The notes: generated by a model from the letters alone, not told the origin. A stretch of DNA of 60,000 nucleotides from Felis catus (GCF_018350175.1 NC_058368.1:113338001-113398000); one strand, 5' to 3'; positions 37,761-51,557 are shown, counted from the first letter of the stretch. A program made the numbers and translations.

Positions 37761-38967
37761 GAAATAAAAATTTACGGAGTTTCTGGACTGGTTCAGTTTT
37801 TCTGGCCAGGATAACAGGACATCAAGGGTAGTAAGATGACTAGGGCGATCCTCACTGCCTCAAACCCAAGTCAAGGGGGAGGGTCTACATCATACTTTCA
37901 AAGCAGCTGCAGGGTTGGCCTTCAATTGGCCTATCCCCACCGGTGATATTTTATTCCTTCTCTTTTATGGATACAGAATATGAATAAACATTTATTGCCA
38001 TGCAACACCTTATATCCTTTCAGCTCAAGACTTGGTGCATTTTTGTCCACTTTACCTTTGGTCACAAAACTCTGAGTGGGTTGCTGATGCCGGGTCACTA
38101 GGAGCTCTGCCAAGACAGGGGCTTCTAAGCACTTCCCTCAAGTTCTAGGATCCTGACACTGTTCTGGGTATAGAAGCAGGAGAGTTTGTGTGATACCACC
38201 TGAAGACAACTACCCAGCATCCAGAACAGAGCTGATATACAGGCTCCTTCTTCCTCCTGCTCCTGACAGTGTGCCCCACAGACTTCAGATCCATCCCAAA
38301 GAGAGCAAACGCCTCCCCCTGGAGGACTGCGATCATTTCTTATGGGGTGGGGGTTTCCCTGATGATGATGGGGACAAGGGCTACAAGATGTTTTGCCAAC
38401 ACTCATTTTTTGTGAATTTGACTTACGATATCAAATCCCTCCTATTAATCATGTTCAGGGTCTCATCAGTTCTTGTTTCCTGAACCCAATGACTCCCCCC
38501 CCCCCCCCGCAAAAGGTGGCAACTCTGAGGGATGGAGTTCATGAATAGTTAACTCATTCACTCTTATTAACTGACCATCTACTTATGGTCCCCCAACAGC
38601 TTTGTCTATAGGACTAAAATGTCCTCTTAAACCTCCATGAAAAGGTGGTCATGTATTTGGGGGCAATTATTAAAACACTTCTAGTAGTAAACCACCCGAC
38701 TGAAATATCCCCTTGGAAGGATGCCTCATTGAATGGGTTTTAAAAGTATCCGTGGGCTCAGAGATCTAGAACAGTCAACACACAGTTACTGACTGACTAC
38801 CACGTGATCCATTTCTTTAGGGAAAAGATGTCACCTCTCTAGAAGTTCATATAAGGTAGAAAAGTAGGAGACTAATGTCAAAGACTAATACCTACACCAT
38901 TTTCCACGCCAATGTTACCCCTCCCTGACTCCCTTTTTTTAACTTCAAATAGAAGTGGGTGATTGTA

Positions 38968-39183
38968 GGGGGCAACTAGGAGGCTCGGGTGGTTAAGCAC
39001 CTGATTCTTGGTTGCGGCTCAGGTCATGAGCTCACGGTTTGTGGGTTCGAACCCCACGTCAGGCTCTACACTAACAGTGTGGAGCCTGCTTGGGATTCTC
39101 TCTCTTCCTCTCTCTCTCTGCCCCTCTCCTGCTCATACTCTCTCTCACTCTCAAAATAAATAAATAAACTTAAATTTATAAAA
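38968..39183 (+). mobile_element. Can-SINE
   Basis: Head/B box/(CT)n/aaataaataaa. TSD agaagtgggtgatt(g/a)ta at 38951-38967 and 39184-39200. Confidence 0.95.
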
Positions 39184-40565
39184 AGAAGTGGGTGATTATA
39201 GATATCAAGGCAGGAAACCTTGGGTATCAAACTCTGCCACTGTCCCTGGCTCTGTGGGCCTCAGTATACCGCATATGGAGAATGGGGAAAAGGATACTAC
39301 AGTTTCTAATAAGAATGCTTTAGGTCTCTTTGTTTGCTTTAGGAATAGATAGCTGAGCAGGTCTGGGAAACTGAGGGCTGTGTTTAAGCTGGGGCTGCAA
39401 TTCCAGGACACTGGACCAAGAGCAGGCTGAGGCCGTGAAAGCTTTGAGGGCCCAGCAGCATCCGGAAGTCACTCTTTTTTTGAAGAATCAGGAGTCATTG
39501 CAAAGGACTCTTCCAAATCCCGTCCTGCCTCTTAGACAAGCGATTTATCAGTATCGGTGGGTAGGCAACCTTCTACAACAAAAGGCAACTTTCCTGCCCG
39601 GACTGCAGGGGGGCCGAGACCAGCAAGCATTTCCAGAGACATTCCCGGGGCAACTGACAGCACTTCAAGCCACGGCTGACAGGTTACTACTGCTCCTTGT
39701 AGCTCGGGGGTCATGGGGAGCTGGCATTTGAAGCTCCTTTTGCGAATGAGAGGCAGAGGTGAGCTGGCAGGTTTTTGCTGGAGTTTGATGTGCAATATGC
39801 CACTTGCCCCAACAGCCCCGATCCTCCACTGACATTTCGTGGCCCGTCTCCAATCTCAGGCTTGAGGATCAGACAGTTTATTCCAGAGCTGGAGGGAATC
39901 ATTTGAGCCACACTAACTAGATCTTCACAAAGACAGAATCATTTTCAGGAGCCTCTGACTCTCTGCCAGAGCCCTGGGCTGGGTGTTTAGCTAAGCACTT
40001 TGGCCCAGGGTGGGGACAGCTTATTTTTCTTAATCACTAAGCTCTCTGAAATCCAACCCCTCAAATCCCAGATGGGTTACAAAGACCAGGTTCTTGCTAT
40101 TCCTTCTTAGCCAGAGTCCTTGGAGGCTCCCCTCCTGCCCATGACACTCAATGAGCACCCGGTATGCACTGCGTTCTGTCCCTGGTGAAGGTGGTGACAG
40201 GCACCGCTTCTGAGTCTAGAGCCTGACATTCTTAAGGCAGACATGGAGAAGAAGGCGGTTATAGTAACCAGCGTCCCCCAAGCCTGGCCTTGCTGGACCA
40301 TCGGCTCACCTTCCAGCTTTGCCTACAGGTCTCCTCTTGGACTGCTCTCTCACCCTCCCGCCCCCTCTCCCCTCACTGTGACAGTCACACAGGCATCTTT
40401 TTCTTCTTTAAGAAGAAATCGTTTTAAGAGGGCGAGACGCACAACAGGCCTTCATTACAGAATCATCCCTACCTCACTGTCATGCAGAAATGGACTTTGG
40501 AGGCAAGGCAAAAGCAGACTGGAGGTAAAAAGATGTAGTAGGAGATGCCTATAAAAACCGAAGTC

Positions 40566-40705
40566 TTCACTACCTAGTGTGGTCCAATGACCACCAGCAT
40601 GGACGTCTCTTGGGAAGTTGTTAGAAATGCAGATCTCAGGCCCCGCACAAGACTTCCTATATCACAACCAGCTCCAGACAACCCTTCACATACTGAGAAG
40701 CTGGG
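40566..40705. mobile_element. MER5A-like hAT-Charlie DNA transposon remnant
   Basis: agtgtggtcc..gaccaccagcat..ttgggaagttgttagaaatgcagatctcaggcccc. Confidence 0.75.
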
Positions 40706-42027
40706 CTTTGGGTGGAAGACAGTCCTGGCCTGATCTGCCTTTGGGGAGTGGGAGATAGGACTGATTCATCAGTGCCCCCCCCTCAACACCCCACCAAAAT
40801 CCACAACTGCAGACATGTGCAGGGTGCCAGAAGCAAGCCCTGTGACTACAAACTATCTCAAACTGATTCCATCAGAGGTCAGGGGCAGTAGGGGAAGGGG
40901 CAAGGGTAGGTATGCTGAGCCAAGTGGGCTCTTTAACCAGGATGTACTGACTGTGACCCTGGGCAGAAAAGCTCTAATTCCCAGGGCAGGTCTGAGGTGG
41001 AGGATGTAAGGATTCTTGACTCTGGCTGTGAAGATGGGTGAACTTTTTGAATTCCCACAGTAAGTTTCCCGAGCATCTGGCACAGAGTGTGGCACATAAA
41101 AAGGGCCCAAATGATACTTGTTGAAAGAACAAACAAGCCGTCAAATAGTAAGGATGATATCGAGGTCCTAAAGCAGATTACATGGACCTGCATATAAGCA
41201 AGACCTACCTTCTGGCTTCCTGTTTAGCTATGCATATTCCCTTTAGTTAGAAAAATGTGAGAATCTAAAAGAATAAAACTCTTGCTTTCAGCGAACAAAA
41301 AATATATGGTCTGTGCAAAGAGAATCCGCAGGAACGCACGGCATTGCCTCGCAATAACCCAAATCAGCTTCTGGGGACAGTAGGCAGTGAGGGCCCTCCC
41401 AGGCCTGGGGGGATCTCCACAGGGTAGATGGTGAGGGGATCACAGGAACAGAAGCTGTCAGCTGTGTGTGCAGAGGGCGAGGGACCGAGAGGGATCTAGC
41501 AGAAAGGCCCAAGCTCAAGAACTGTAGGCGGTGTGGCCACAAGTGCCCAAGGTGTGGATGACAGCCACTCTCTTTAGACCCAGAATCCATCCCCAAGTGA
41601 GCCTCATACAGACAACAGGAGGAGAGAGAAAAGGGCTGGATCTCCAGCTGCAGGAGATGCGCAGACACGAGCTACAGCAAACTCCAGAGACACCCATCGG
41701 CTGAGCTCTATGACTCACATCTTTGGAACAGCTTGCTACCTCACCTTCTCCAGGAAGCCTGCCTAGACTGACTTCAGGATCACAGGCCATTCTCACAATG
41801 ATCCTTTCCCCATAGTTCTTGATCACTCCAGTTACATGGGAGGTAGGTAACATTTTTATCTGGTCTCTTTGGCTCGAGAGTTTATTCACGTGGCAGCTTC
41901 TTGAGGGCAAGGCCCAAAGCCCAACAAAACTAGGGATTCACAGGCCCTACTTTTGGCACAGAGACTTGTCAGAACAGGCAGGCGTGGGATATTCTGGATG
42001 ACAGAAAAGACAACAGAGATGACTGAC

Positions 42028-42154
42028 CTTGGAAGTGTAGGTGTGGCCATCGGAGCCGCAGACCATGGCTGACTGTGCCGCGGGGCAGGGCTTGCACTTC
42101 ACCAGATTCGAAGGTCCAACCCAGTGTTTGTGGGCCACATTTCCCTTCTTTTGC
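42028..42154 (-). CDS. SPOCK1: Internal coding exon of testican-1 (probably exon 5), N-terminal half of the Kazal-like domain
   Basis: Minus-strand translation (R)QKKGNVAHKHWVGPSNLVKCKPCPAAQSAMVCGSDGHTYTSK matches testican-1 as I recall it, including the Kazal motif VCGSDGxTY. Acceptor tttatcccctctttttccatccttAG precedes 42154 and donor AAG|GTCAGT follows 42028. Length 127 nt, phase 2 in, phase 0 out. Confidence 0.96.
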
Positions 42155-43084
42155 CTAAGGATGGAAAAAGAGGGGATAAATTCACTGAAGATCCGGCTCC
42201 CATGGGTCTCACCCGCAAGGAACCTGGACAAAGGCCAACCGAATAAACGAAAGCGGTGGTCAAACAGCCCGGCGCAACCCGGAGGCCTTTGCTGGTGTTC
42301 CTGTTTGAACCAACGTGCTGACAAGGGCAAGAGATTCTGTTCCAAAAGCCCAGGTTCAACCCACCAGACATACCAAGGACAACAATGTGGCCATTAAAAA
42401 TAATGGAAAACATGACTTGGTTACATGAAAAGACATTCACAACACATTGAAAGAAACAAAGAGGGAGTGGCCCCATTAGCTCACTGAGACCCCAGTACAG
42501 CGTGTGGCACATCATGGATGACCCAGAAACAGCACCCCAGAGCTTCACAGTCCTCCGGGGCTGATGGAGAGCCTTCCCAGCTGGCTAACACACAGACAAG
42601 TCAGAGAGCAGTTTAGATAGAAACACATCTCCAAACGCAAGCAAATGACTTTATCGCAGCAGTGGAAAACGATCTCTGGATACATTTTGAAGCAATTCTG
42701 GTCCAGCTTCCAATTTGCCATTCTATAGAGGCTCTGATGTGATGTCACTTTCAACTGCTAAAATAATCAGAATTCTACTCTTCCATTCTGGCTCTGGTTT
42801 CCTCCATCCTAACCTGTGTCATAATGATAAATGGTGCTATTAGGATGGCTTATGTCCACGGAAGGAACCCCATCCCTGAATCATAAACCACTGAAAGAAA
42901 GGCCTGCAGTGATTGCCTCCTTTTCCCCCATGGTCTCTACTGTCCTAGCAAACTGTTGGGAGTAACTCTCATGCCTACGTGGCGAGTTCTAGGGGGAGGA
43001 TAAGTGACTGTGGAGGGACCATCCATCAGGTGATTATGGTGTCCTTCAAGTGCTTTGCCTTTGGAAGTCTTGCCTGGAGGCTAA

Positions 43085-43330
43085 CATTTGGGCCCTGGAG
43101 TCAGAAAACATAAGTGCAAATCTCAGCTCTGCCACTAGCTCACTGTGTGATCTTGGCAGGACATTTAACCCTGGAACTGTAAGTCTGTCTCAGTTTCCTC
43201 ATCTATACAATGGAGGAAAATAGAATCTACTTCAAGCCGGTGCTATGAAGATTAAATGAGGTGATGTACATACTCAGTATAACGCCTAAAAAAACACAAA
43301 GCAAGAAAAAAGGCAGCTGTCACTATAATT
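43085..43330 (+). mobile_element. MIR
   Basis: ctggagtcaga..aaatctcagctctgccact..tgtgtgatcttgg..tctcagtttcctcatctatacaatgg..gaagattaaatgag. Confidence 0.85.
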
Positions 43331-46300
43331 CTTATTTGCCCCAATAACAGATGGGCGTGTAGAGGATGAAATTACCAATGCCTTGGAAATGTGACTTCAT
43401 TCTAAGGCCCTAGGGTTGGAACGTCATTTAATCCCCTGGGAGAACTCATGGGGCCACAGAAGAAAATCTTTTCAATCAGGCATGGAATAAATCTCCAGCT
43501 CATTATGAATTTGGGTTTGGGGTGTGAGGTAATCCACACTCTTCCGAACGAAGGAAAGTGACCTAGGAAAAGCACCCACCAACTTGGTTCTTATTCAATC
43601 TCAGACCTTCCCTAGCAATTTGGGGGAGGCTGTAAAAGGAGGAAGGTCTGTTTGAGAAATTACCTTTGAGGTTGGCCAGGTACCCGCAGCCAAACCCTTG
43701 AGGCCATCAGGGATCCCAGGCTGGATGGGCCACAAGGCTGGGCCTGTCTGACCAATAAACTGACGAAGGAGGTCCTATAGGGATGCTATAAGATCACCTA
43801 GTCCAGTTTACTCATGTTACTAATGATGGGAAGTGAAGTCCAAGTTGGGTAAGAGCCTTGCCCAAAGTCGGGAAGATAACTGGTGGCCAGGCCTATGATG
43901 ATGTTCGTACAGCTGCACAGTGGCCAAGGATGAATCTTTTCTTCAGCCCATGCCAGTCAGGCCTAGATTACGAACTTGAAATTTCTTTGGGGGCACCTAT
44001 GTGTTTGTCACTTGTGGTCCTCTCTCCAATGCCTCCCTGCTTCTGTAGCAGGCACCTACCTTGTCCTTGCCTCTCTGTCTGGAAAAAAAAAATTGCATTT
44101 CTAATTCACATGGACATGATTACCTATTACCCTTTGCCAAACATACTTTACTCATTCAAGGTTTTTTCTGGACTTGAGAGAAAGGGATGATGGCTGATGG
44201 GACTCCACGTAGCGGACAAGCAGGCTGTCAGCACGGGGTTAACGTGAGAGCCCATGAGTCCTTCAGCAGAACACCACACATTTATCATCATTCACACAGC
44301 AGACTGTCTGACACTGATGAAGAATCAACAAATATACGCAGCAGTTCTGGCATCTGGCAGGCCCTCTCCTGGGCTGGTCCCCAGTGTGCATGCCCACCGC
44401 TGAAACAATTCTTGTGATGAGTTCCCAGAAAGGGGCTATAAAATCCAAAGAGCGGGCAGCTTTGCTGGAGCAGACATCACCACGTGCGATGATGCCACAT
44501 TGGAAAGGAGCTGAGCCAAAGGGAGAGGAGGGAGAAGTAAATGCGGAGCTGAGCCAATGGCTTTGAGAAAAAGATGGAATCATGTACTATCAGTTAATGA
44601 CAGCTCATGCCTGGTGGACCTGAACTTCACCATTAAACCAAGTTCACTGTGGGGACACAAAGAGATAGGGCTGGCTTGTGCTTACCAGCAGGCCTGGTGC
44701 AGCACGAGTGCTCCATATATGCCTGTGGGGTGAGGGGGTGGGTCTCTATGTGCCAACCAATGCCATGGTTTCTCAGAAGTGAATCACAAAATAGCAGACT
44801 GTCAGAAACACAAAACACCTTAAAACTAATCTAGCCTAAGAACTCTAATTTATAAATGAGGAATTAGACACAGACGGGCAATGACTTGGCCAGTGTGACA
44901 CAGAAATAGAGCAAGGCTACCTCACATACACTTGTTGGAACAAGGCTATCCTGGAAATGACTAAATACGGCTCTGGGACCATTTAAATTCTTATTTTGGC
45001 ATCTTTAGTTTCATCACTAGGCTCAGTTTTATAAATAAAGCTTCTCTGAAACATTGTCCCTGGCTCTACACCTGCAAAGGAGCAAGCTGAACACACCCAA
45101 CGTCTGGTGGTCATCGAGGTACCATGTTTGACCTCTCCGAGGATGCCTCAGGGACTAGAGCCCAACCCGACCTAAATTTTCACAGTTCCAATGAAACAAG
45201 AATACCTGTTATATCAGAGCAAACTCGGATGTTCTTTACCTCCCTGGGACTCCAGTGGAAATGGCACCCAAACCTCTGGTCTGCATCCAGAGACCATATT
45301 ATATGAAGTTATGGGCAAGTATATGTGAACCCATGGAGGCATAACTTCCCTGGCTGTTGTGTATATTTCAACCCCCACAATTCAGTAAAGACCCTAAAAA
45401 TTAACCAACCCAGCTAATGCAGGGGACCAACTCTTCTGACTTTAACACATTTTACTTCTTGAGTCAAAGAATGAAATCCTACGAAGTGTCTTGAAGGCAT
45501 TGCTATACCCAGTGTCATAGACATTTATTACCTGGGGTGACACAAGCAATTTAATCTGGAAAGCAGGTCCTACCAGCCTTTCAAATGGCCATGAAGCCCT
45601 AACTCCATCCTGGCGTAGCTGGTGCTAGGGACAGCCACACTTCCTACCCTACTGACAGCACCACAAAGAAAATCCCAACCTACAAGCACTCTATGAAGGA
45701 GAGAAGACAGACAACTGGAAGGTCACAGGCATTTCTTATTTTCTTGGGCTTAACTATTTCTTCTTAATCTTTTTTTAAGATTACCAAAACTCCCAGCATT
45801 TATGTTTCTGAAGCAGAGTGATTCTTAAGTACAAATCTGATGATGTGACCCCTATACTTAGAACCTCTATCTTTGCCCCACCTCCTAGAGCACAGTCTGA
45901 TTTCCTAGTTTTTGGTATTAAACTGACTGAGCCTACCTTTACAGGGTCAATATCTGCTTTTCTCCCCTCTCCAATACATACACACCCCCCTACACACGCA
46001 CGTACACATGGACCACTACCACCAAGTATTTTTGTTCCAGCCCCCCTCTACTGTTTCCCAGAGCCCACCAAGGATCTTCGTGTCCCTGGACCAGCATGTG
46101 GGCTTCTTCTCAGTCTGACACGTCTTCTTTACAAACCCACACTTCTCCCCTCCATCCTCTCTGCTTCCATAAGGCTTTCTTCAAGGCCCCACCCAATACT
46201 CCCCTCCCCCAGGAAGTCTTGTAGGGCTCCTCCACAGGCAGCCAGGCTGCACGCCCATGACACCATGGTCCTATGAACACGTCTGCTCAGGCTCCCGACT

Positions 46301-46974
46301 AGTCTCTAAGGGAGAACATTGCTTCAACTTAACCAAATTATTATAGTTATTCTGACAGAATATGGGGTATGCTCAGGCTAAAAGCCTTGGAGCCCATCCT
46401 GGACATCTCCCTTTTCTGCCCTCACCACTTTCCCCCATCATTCAGTCCTACTGATCCAACAGCAGCCAGCCATAAGAGCCTCTTACAGGTTTCTTTCATG
46501 TGCCATGCAAATTCAAGTCTAAATGCCTGGGCAAATGCTTTTTGCCTGCATGGCACATGTCTGCCCCTCGTTCAATGTTCAAATCAACTACCTTTCATGA
46601 AGTATCTCCTGATCCTGTGAGTTCTACCTCAAGCAAAATCAACCATGACATCATCTGTTCCAACATTACACCTTGTTCAGATGCAACTGTGACATTCACT
46701 ATAGCATAAGTCTCTCTTTTTGAGTCTCTCTTCCTCAATATACTATGCACTCCTCAAGGGTAGTGACTGCGTCTCATCATTTTTATGCTCCTGGGTTGGA
46801 AACATGGGCAACCCCCAACACATGACTTTTTTCAGTGAAGTAAGTGAATTTATTAATCTGGACCTTTAGAACTTTCTCCTTTAATATCTGGACATTATTA
46901 TCACTAATGAGAACACAAACATATGATGTGGTTTTAAACAACAAGAATTCAACAGACTTAGACATCCTAAGTCA

Positions 46975-47186
46975 GGGGTGCCTGGGTGGCCCAGATGGCT
47001 AAGCATCCAATTCTTGATTTCAGCTCAGGTGATGATCTCACAGTTCTTTAGTTCAAGCCCCATGATGGGCTCTGTGCTATCAGTGCAGAGCCTGCTTGGG
47101 ACTCTCTGTCTCCCTTTCTCTCTCTGTCTCCCACCTGCATGTGCTCTCTCTCTCTCTCTCTGTTGAAAAATAAACTTTTTAAAAAA
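46975..47186 (+). mobile_element. Can-SINE (older type) whose tail hosts an L1
   Basis: ggggtgcctgggtggc head. Outer TSD agacatcctaagtc (46960-46973) versus agaaaccctaagtc (48623-48636). Confidence 0.93.
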
Positions 47187-48623
47187 GAAACTAGACCACT
47201 TTCTTACACCGTTCACAAAAATAAACTCAAAATGGATAACGGACCTGAATGTGAGACCGGAAACCATCAAAACCCTAGAGGAGAAAGCAGGAAAAAACCT
47301 CTCTGACCTTAGCTGCAGCAATTTCTACTTGACACATTTCCAAAGGCAAGGCAATTAAAAGCAAAAGTGAACTATTGGGACCTCATGAAGATAAAAGGCT
47401 TCTGCACTGAAAAGGAAACAATCAACAAAACTAAAAGGCAACCAACGGAATGGGGAAAGATATTTGCAAATGACATATCGGACAAAGGGCTAGTATCCAA
47501 AATCTGTAAAGAGCTCACCAAACTCCACACCCGAAAAACAAATAATCCAGTGAAGAAATGGGCAGAAGACATGAATAGACACTTCTCTAAAGAAGACATC
47601 CACATGGCCAACAGGCACATGAAAAGATGCTCAACGTCACTCCTCATCAGGGAAATACAAATCAAAACGACACTAAGATATCACCTCACGCTGGTCAGAA
47701 TGGCTAAAATGAACAAATCACGAGACTATAGATGCTGGAGAGGATGTGGAGAAATGGGAACCCTCTCGCACTGTTGGTGGGAATGCAAACTGGTGCAGTT
47801 GCTCTGGAAAACAGTGTGGAGGTTCCTCGAAAAATTAAAAATAGATCTACCCTATGACCCAGCAATAGCACTGCTAGGAATTTACCCAAGGGATACAGGA
47901 GTGCTGATGCATAGGGGCACTTGTACCCCAATGTTGGTAGCAGCACTTTCAACAATAGCCAAATTAGGGAAAGAGCCTAAATGTCCGTCAACTGATGAAT
48001 GGATAAAGAAATTGTGGGGGCACCTGGGTGGCTCAGTCGGTTAAGCATCCGACTTCAGCTTAGGTCATGATCTCCCAGCTTGTGAGTTCGAGCCCCGTGT
48101 CAGGCTCTGTGCTGACAGCTCAAAGCCTGGAGCCTCTTCAAATTCCATGTCTTTCTCTCTCTCTCTGTTCCTCCCCCGCTTACACTCTGTGTCTCTTAAA
48201 CATTAAAAATTTTTTTTAAATAAAAAAAAAGAAATTGTGGTTTATATACACAATGGAATACTACGTGGCAATGAGAAAGAATGAAATCTGACCTTTTGTA
48301 GCAACGTGGATGGGACTGGAGAGTGTTATGCTAAGTGAAATAAGTCAGGCAAACAAAGACAGATACCATATGTTTCCATTCATATGTGGATCCTGAGAAA
48401 CTTAACAGAAGACCGTGGGGGAGGGGAAGGAAAAAAAAAGGTTAGAGAGGGAGGGAGCCAAACCATGAGAGAGTCTTAAAAACTGAGAACAAACTGAGGG
48501 TTGATGGGGGGTGGGAGGGAGGGAAGGGTGGGTGATGGGTAGTGAGGAGGGCACCTTTTGGGATGAGCACTGGGTGTTGTATGGAAACCAATTTGACAAT
48601 AAATTTCATATAAAAAAAAAAAA
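47187..48623 (+). mobile_element. 5'-truncated young felid L1 (ORF2 C-terminus, 3'UTR, poly(A))
   Basis: ORF 47367-48017 [57 protein letters not shown]-rich 3'UTR; gacaataaa followed by an A tail. Confidence 0.96.
48018..48227 (+). mobile_element. Can-SINE inserted in L1 ORF2
   Basis: Perfect TSD aaagaaattgtgg at 48005-48017 and 48228-48240. Confidence 0.96.
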
Positions 48624-51557
48624 GAAACCCTAAGTCCAACTTGAAAAGCAAAAATTTCTGACGACAACTACGAAGTGGGTGGAGGGAACTCTCCTATGCA
48701 TCTCAGGGCTGAAAGACCTTCTGTATTCCAGAGATCAGACCACTTCTCAGGCTGGGTAAGGATCCTTATGTAGTGCTTCCAAATTCCCAAGAGATATTAA
48801 TTTTTAGGACTTAGGAGTGAATGAGAAATACGAATTCTCAGGAATCCCCAACTATTCCTGGAAGCATAAGTTTTTCTACATTCTTCACACTCTTTTATTT
48901 ACATGTTTTTTAAACAAATAGGAAATGTTAAGTTTAGTACTGTTTATCAAGCAACGTAGCCTGAAGTGAAAATTCAAACAGTGGAAATCATCAGCAAGCA
49001 TTATCGGGCAGTACTCAAATGATGGCAAAGCTCATGTTGATAGTCTCAATTTCAAGACTTACTTTGCTCCAAAGCTATTCTTTTGAACACCACTCAGAGG
49101 ACTTCTCTCAAGTATAGTATGCAAATACATTTATTAGTATTCCTATTATTTACAAGAGCAACTCACAACCTTTCAAGAGGGCAGCAGCTACCAGCAAGAC
49201 TGACCAGACTGTCACCGCTCTTGCCAACGTGTCCCTGTCCTAGTTCTTAGAAATGTCAACCTTAACCTTCAGGTCCACACACCAAGGATTTCCTGCTCTT
49301 GCTTCCCACTGGACCCTGCCACTCCTCGTGCAGATATCCCTACCCTCAGCAATCAAGATAAGTCGCACCTCCTGCCACTTCCCCACTTCGGTTGACACCA
49401 AAGAGGGCAGTGATGACATCCGTTGTAGCCCAATTTCACTTGGCTATGGCCAGAGTGGAGCCACAGCCAGTGCCTACAGCAAAACAGTGGCTGGAAAGAC
49501 TCTTCCGGAATAATCTTTTCAGCAATAAGTAGATGTACAGGTATCTATTTCCTGACATCGATCCCACATGATGAAATTCAACAGTCTGTGTCAAAAAATT
49601 TTACTGATACATTGGGGGTGGGGGCTGCCAGGAGTATATGTAGCACTGCTGACTTCCTTGTTTTGGCTATAGAAGAAAGCCCCTTCATTGTATCTAATAC
49701 CTTGGTATTCCAACGGGTTTGCCTAACTTCAGATACAATTATTTCACTCTATATGAACAGCTAGTCAAAGAGTAAAGCACTGCCTGATAGTAATGAACAG
49801 GAGCAGGACTCCAGGAGTTTTATGTGACTATGACCTGCCAGGCTGAGCGCCTTGAACACACCCCCCCTGACTCCTCACACACCATAACCCTCTGACAGTA
49901 GATGCTGTATGACCCCATTTTACAGAAGGGAGAAGCTGAGGCTCACGTAGCCAGTCCCAGTCCCACGACCTTTGCCTCTGTCCTGTCTGTGCTCTCTCAT
50001 CAGCTCTAAGGCAGACCTGTCAGCTCAGAGGCCTGAGAACCCGTCCAGGGAGGGTCCCCTCCCAGGAAGTCCCATGTTTGTTTGCTGGCAGCCAGCATCA
50101 CGTGCATTTTATTCTCTTGTTAATACCAAACTGCCCATTCAAAAACAAGATTGAATTTGTTTGCAAAATCAGAACTAATTGCTTCCAAAACAAGGATGGA
50201 GGACACTCAGACAGCCGACGTGGTGGCTATTTTGAACCAGAGACAAAATAATGAATGTTAATTGAAATGAAAAACATGTTAACCACTGAAATAATCTGTC
50301 ATGTAAAATGATGCTATAATTCCTCCGTTGTTAGGGTTATTTGAGTCATTATACAAAGTCATAAAATTACACAGGAAGAGCATAATGGCCTGTGTCATTT
50401 ACAAAAGCTGCTTTGATGACAGAGACAGGCTCTCATGTGAGACACTCTCTATCCTGGTATCTATGGGCTCCTGAATCCCCATCGTCTTCCAAAGGAAGAA
50501 GATTACAGATGCAAGATCCTGTTCAAAGAGAGGCCAATTTTTCGAATAAACAGATGCCCACTAGAGAACAATAGGAAAAGCTCTCGGTATGCATGGAGTA
50601 ACTATGGTGTGCCTCTGAGTGTCCTAAGTGCTACTGGGCACCCGCATGGTATAAAGATGTGTTTACAGATACTTGAGACTTCAAAGGGCAAATACATAAT
50701 AAGAGCAGCTATGCATTTATGAGGACTTACTCTTCTGCTGATGCTGTTACTACCACCAATAACAGCTAACATGTTTTGAGCTCTCCCAATGTTCCAGGTA
50801 CTGTTTTAAGCCCTCCACACAATATGCCAACATCACCAAGAGGGAGAAGAGATGTCATGGGACACGGGGAGCTGTGTTGGGGCGGGGGATGAGTCAGGGA
50901 GACTGTGGGAGCAAAGCAGACCTGAGGGGATGGGAAGGACCGCTCATGGTGGGTCCCAGTCATCAGGGGTGGACATCCCACTGATCCACTGATTCAAACT
51001 GACACATCAACCACCAGAAAGCCAGCACCTCTGTGTGCCTTTTCCCCACCTGACTTGATCCAGTTCACAGGCATGCTTGCAACCCCTCATCAAAAAGGTT
51101 TCCAAAGTACTTTCAAACCCAGAGGAAAACTCCGTATTTTTAAAGTCTTAGAGCAGAATCACAGCCACCAAAAAATCATGGTCCTGGTATGCAAGGAATT
51201 CCAAAAGCAGGAACATCTTTCCAGGTGTATGTGAATGTCAATGTGAGTCTCCGTGACCTGCCCGTCACCTGAGCTGTGTAAAGGCCGAGGCAGCTGGGGA
51301 TGAATCTACTCTTCGGAGATGAGAAGATTCAACAGCCAGATGAGAGTTTCCAACAACAGTGTGCGTGCAGGTGTAACTGAACTCAAAGTGATGAATAAGA
51401 TACACACCAAAGGGAACAAACTGTCAGCAGGGGAGGCCCGAGGGTATGAGAAAGGGAACTTCCGCTTTTTTACTCTCCATGTCTATTATTTGACTCTCTC
51501 ACAACCATGTGCTGTTGGTCTAATTTGTTCCAAATCTAAAAAGGAAATGCAATTTCA

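Noticed and set aside
41947..42345. 132-aa ORF as a stand-alone gene
   Set aside because: Only 42028-42154 matches SPOCK1 and is bounded by splice sites; the rest is intron read-through
47367..48044. 225-aa L1 ORF2 as an active element or host gene
   Set aside because: 5'-truncated with no promoter, ORF1, EN or RT; interrupted by a SINE; TGA shortly after the SINE
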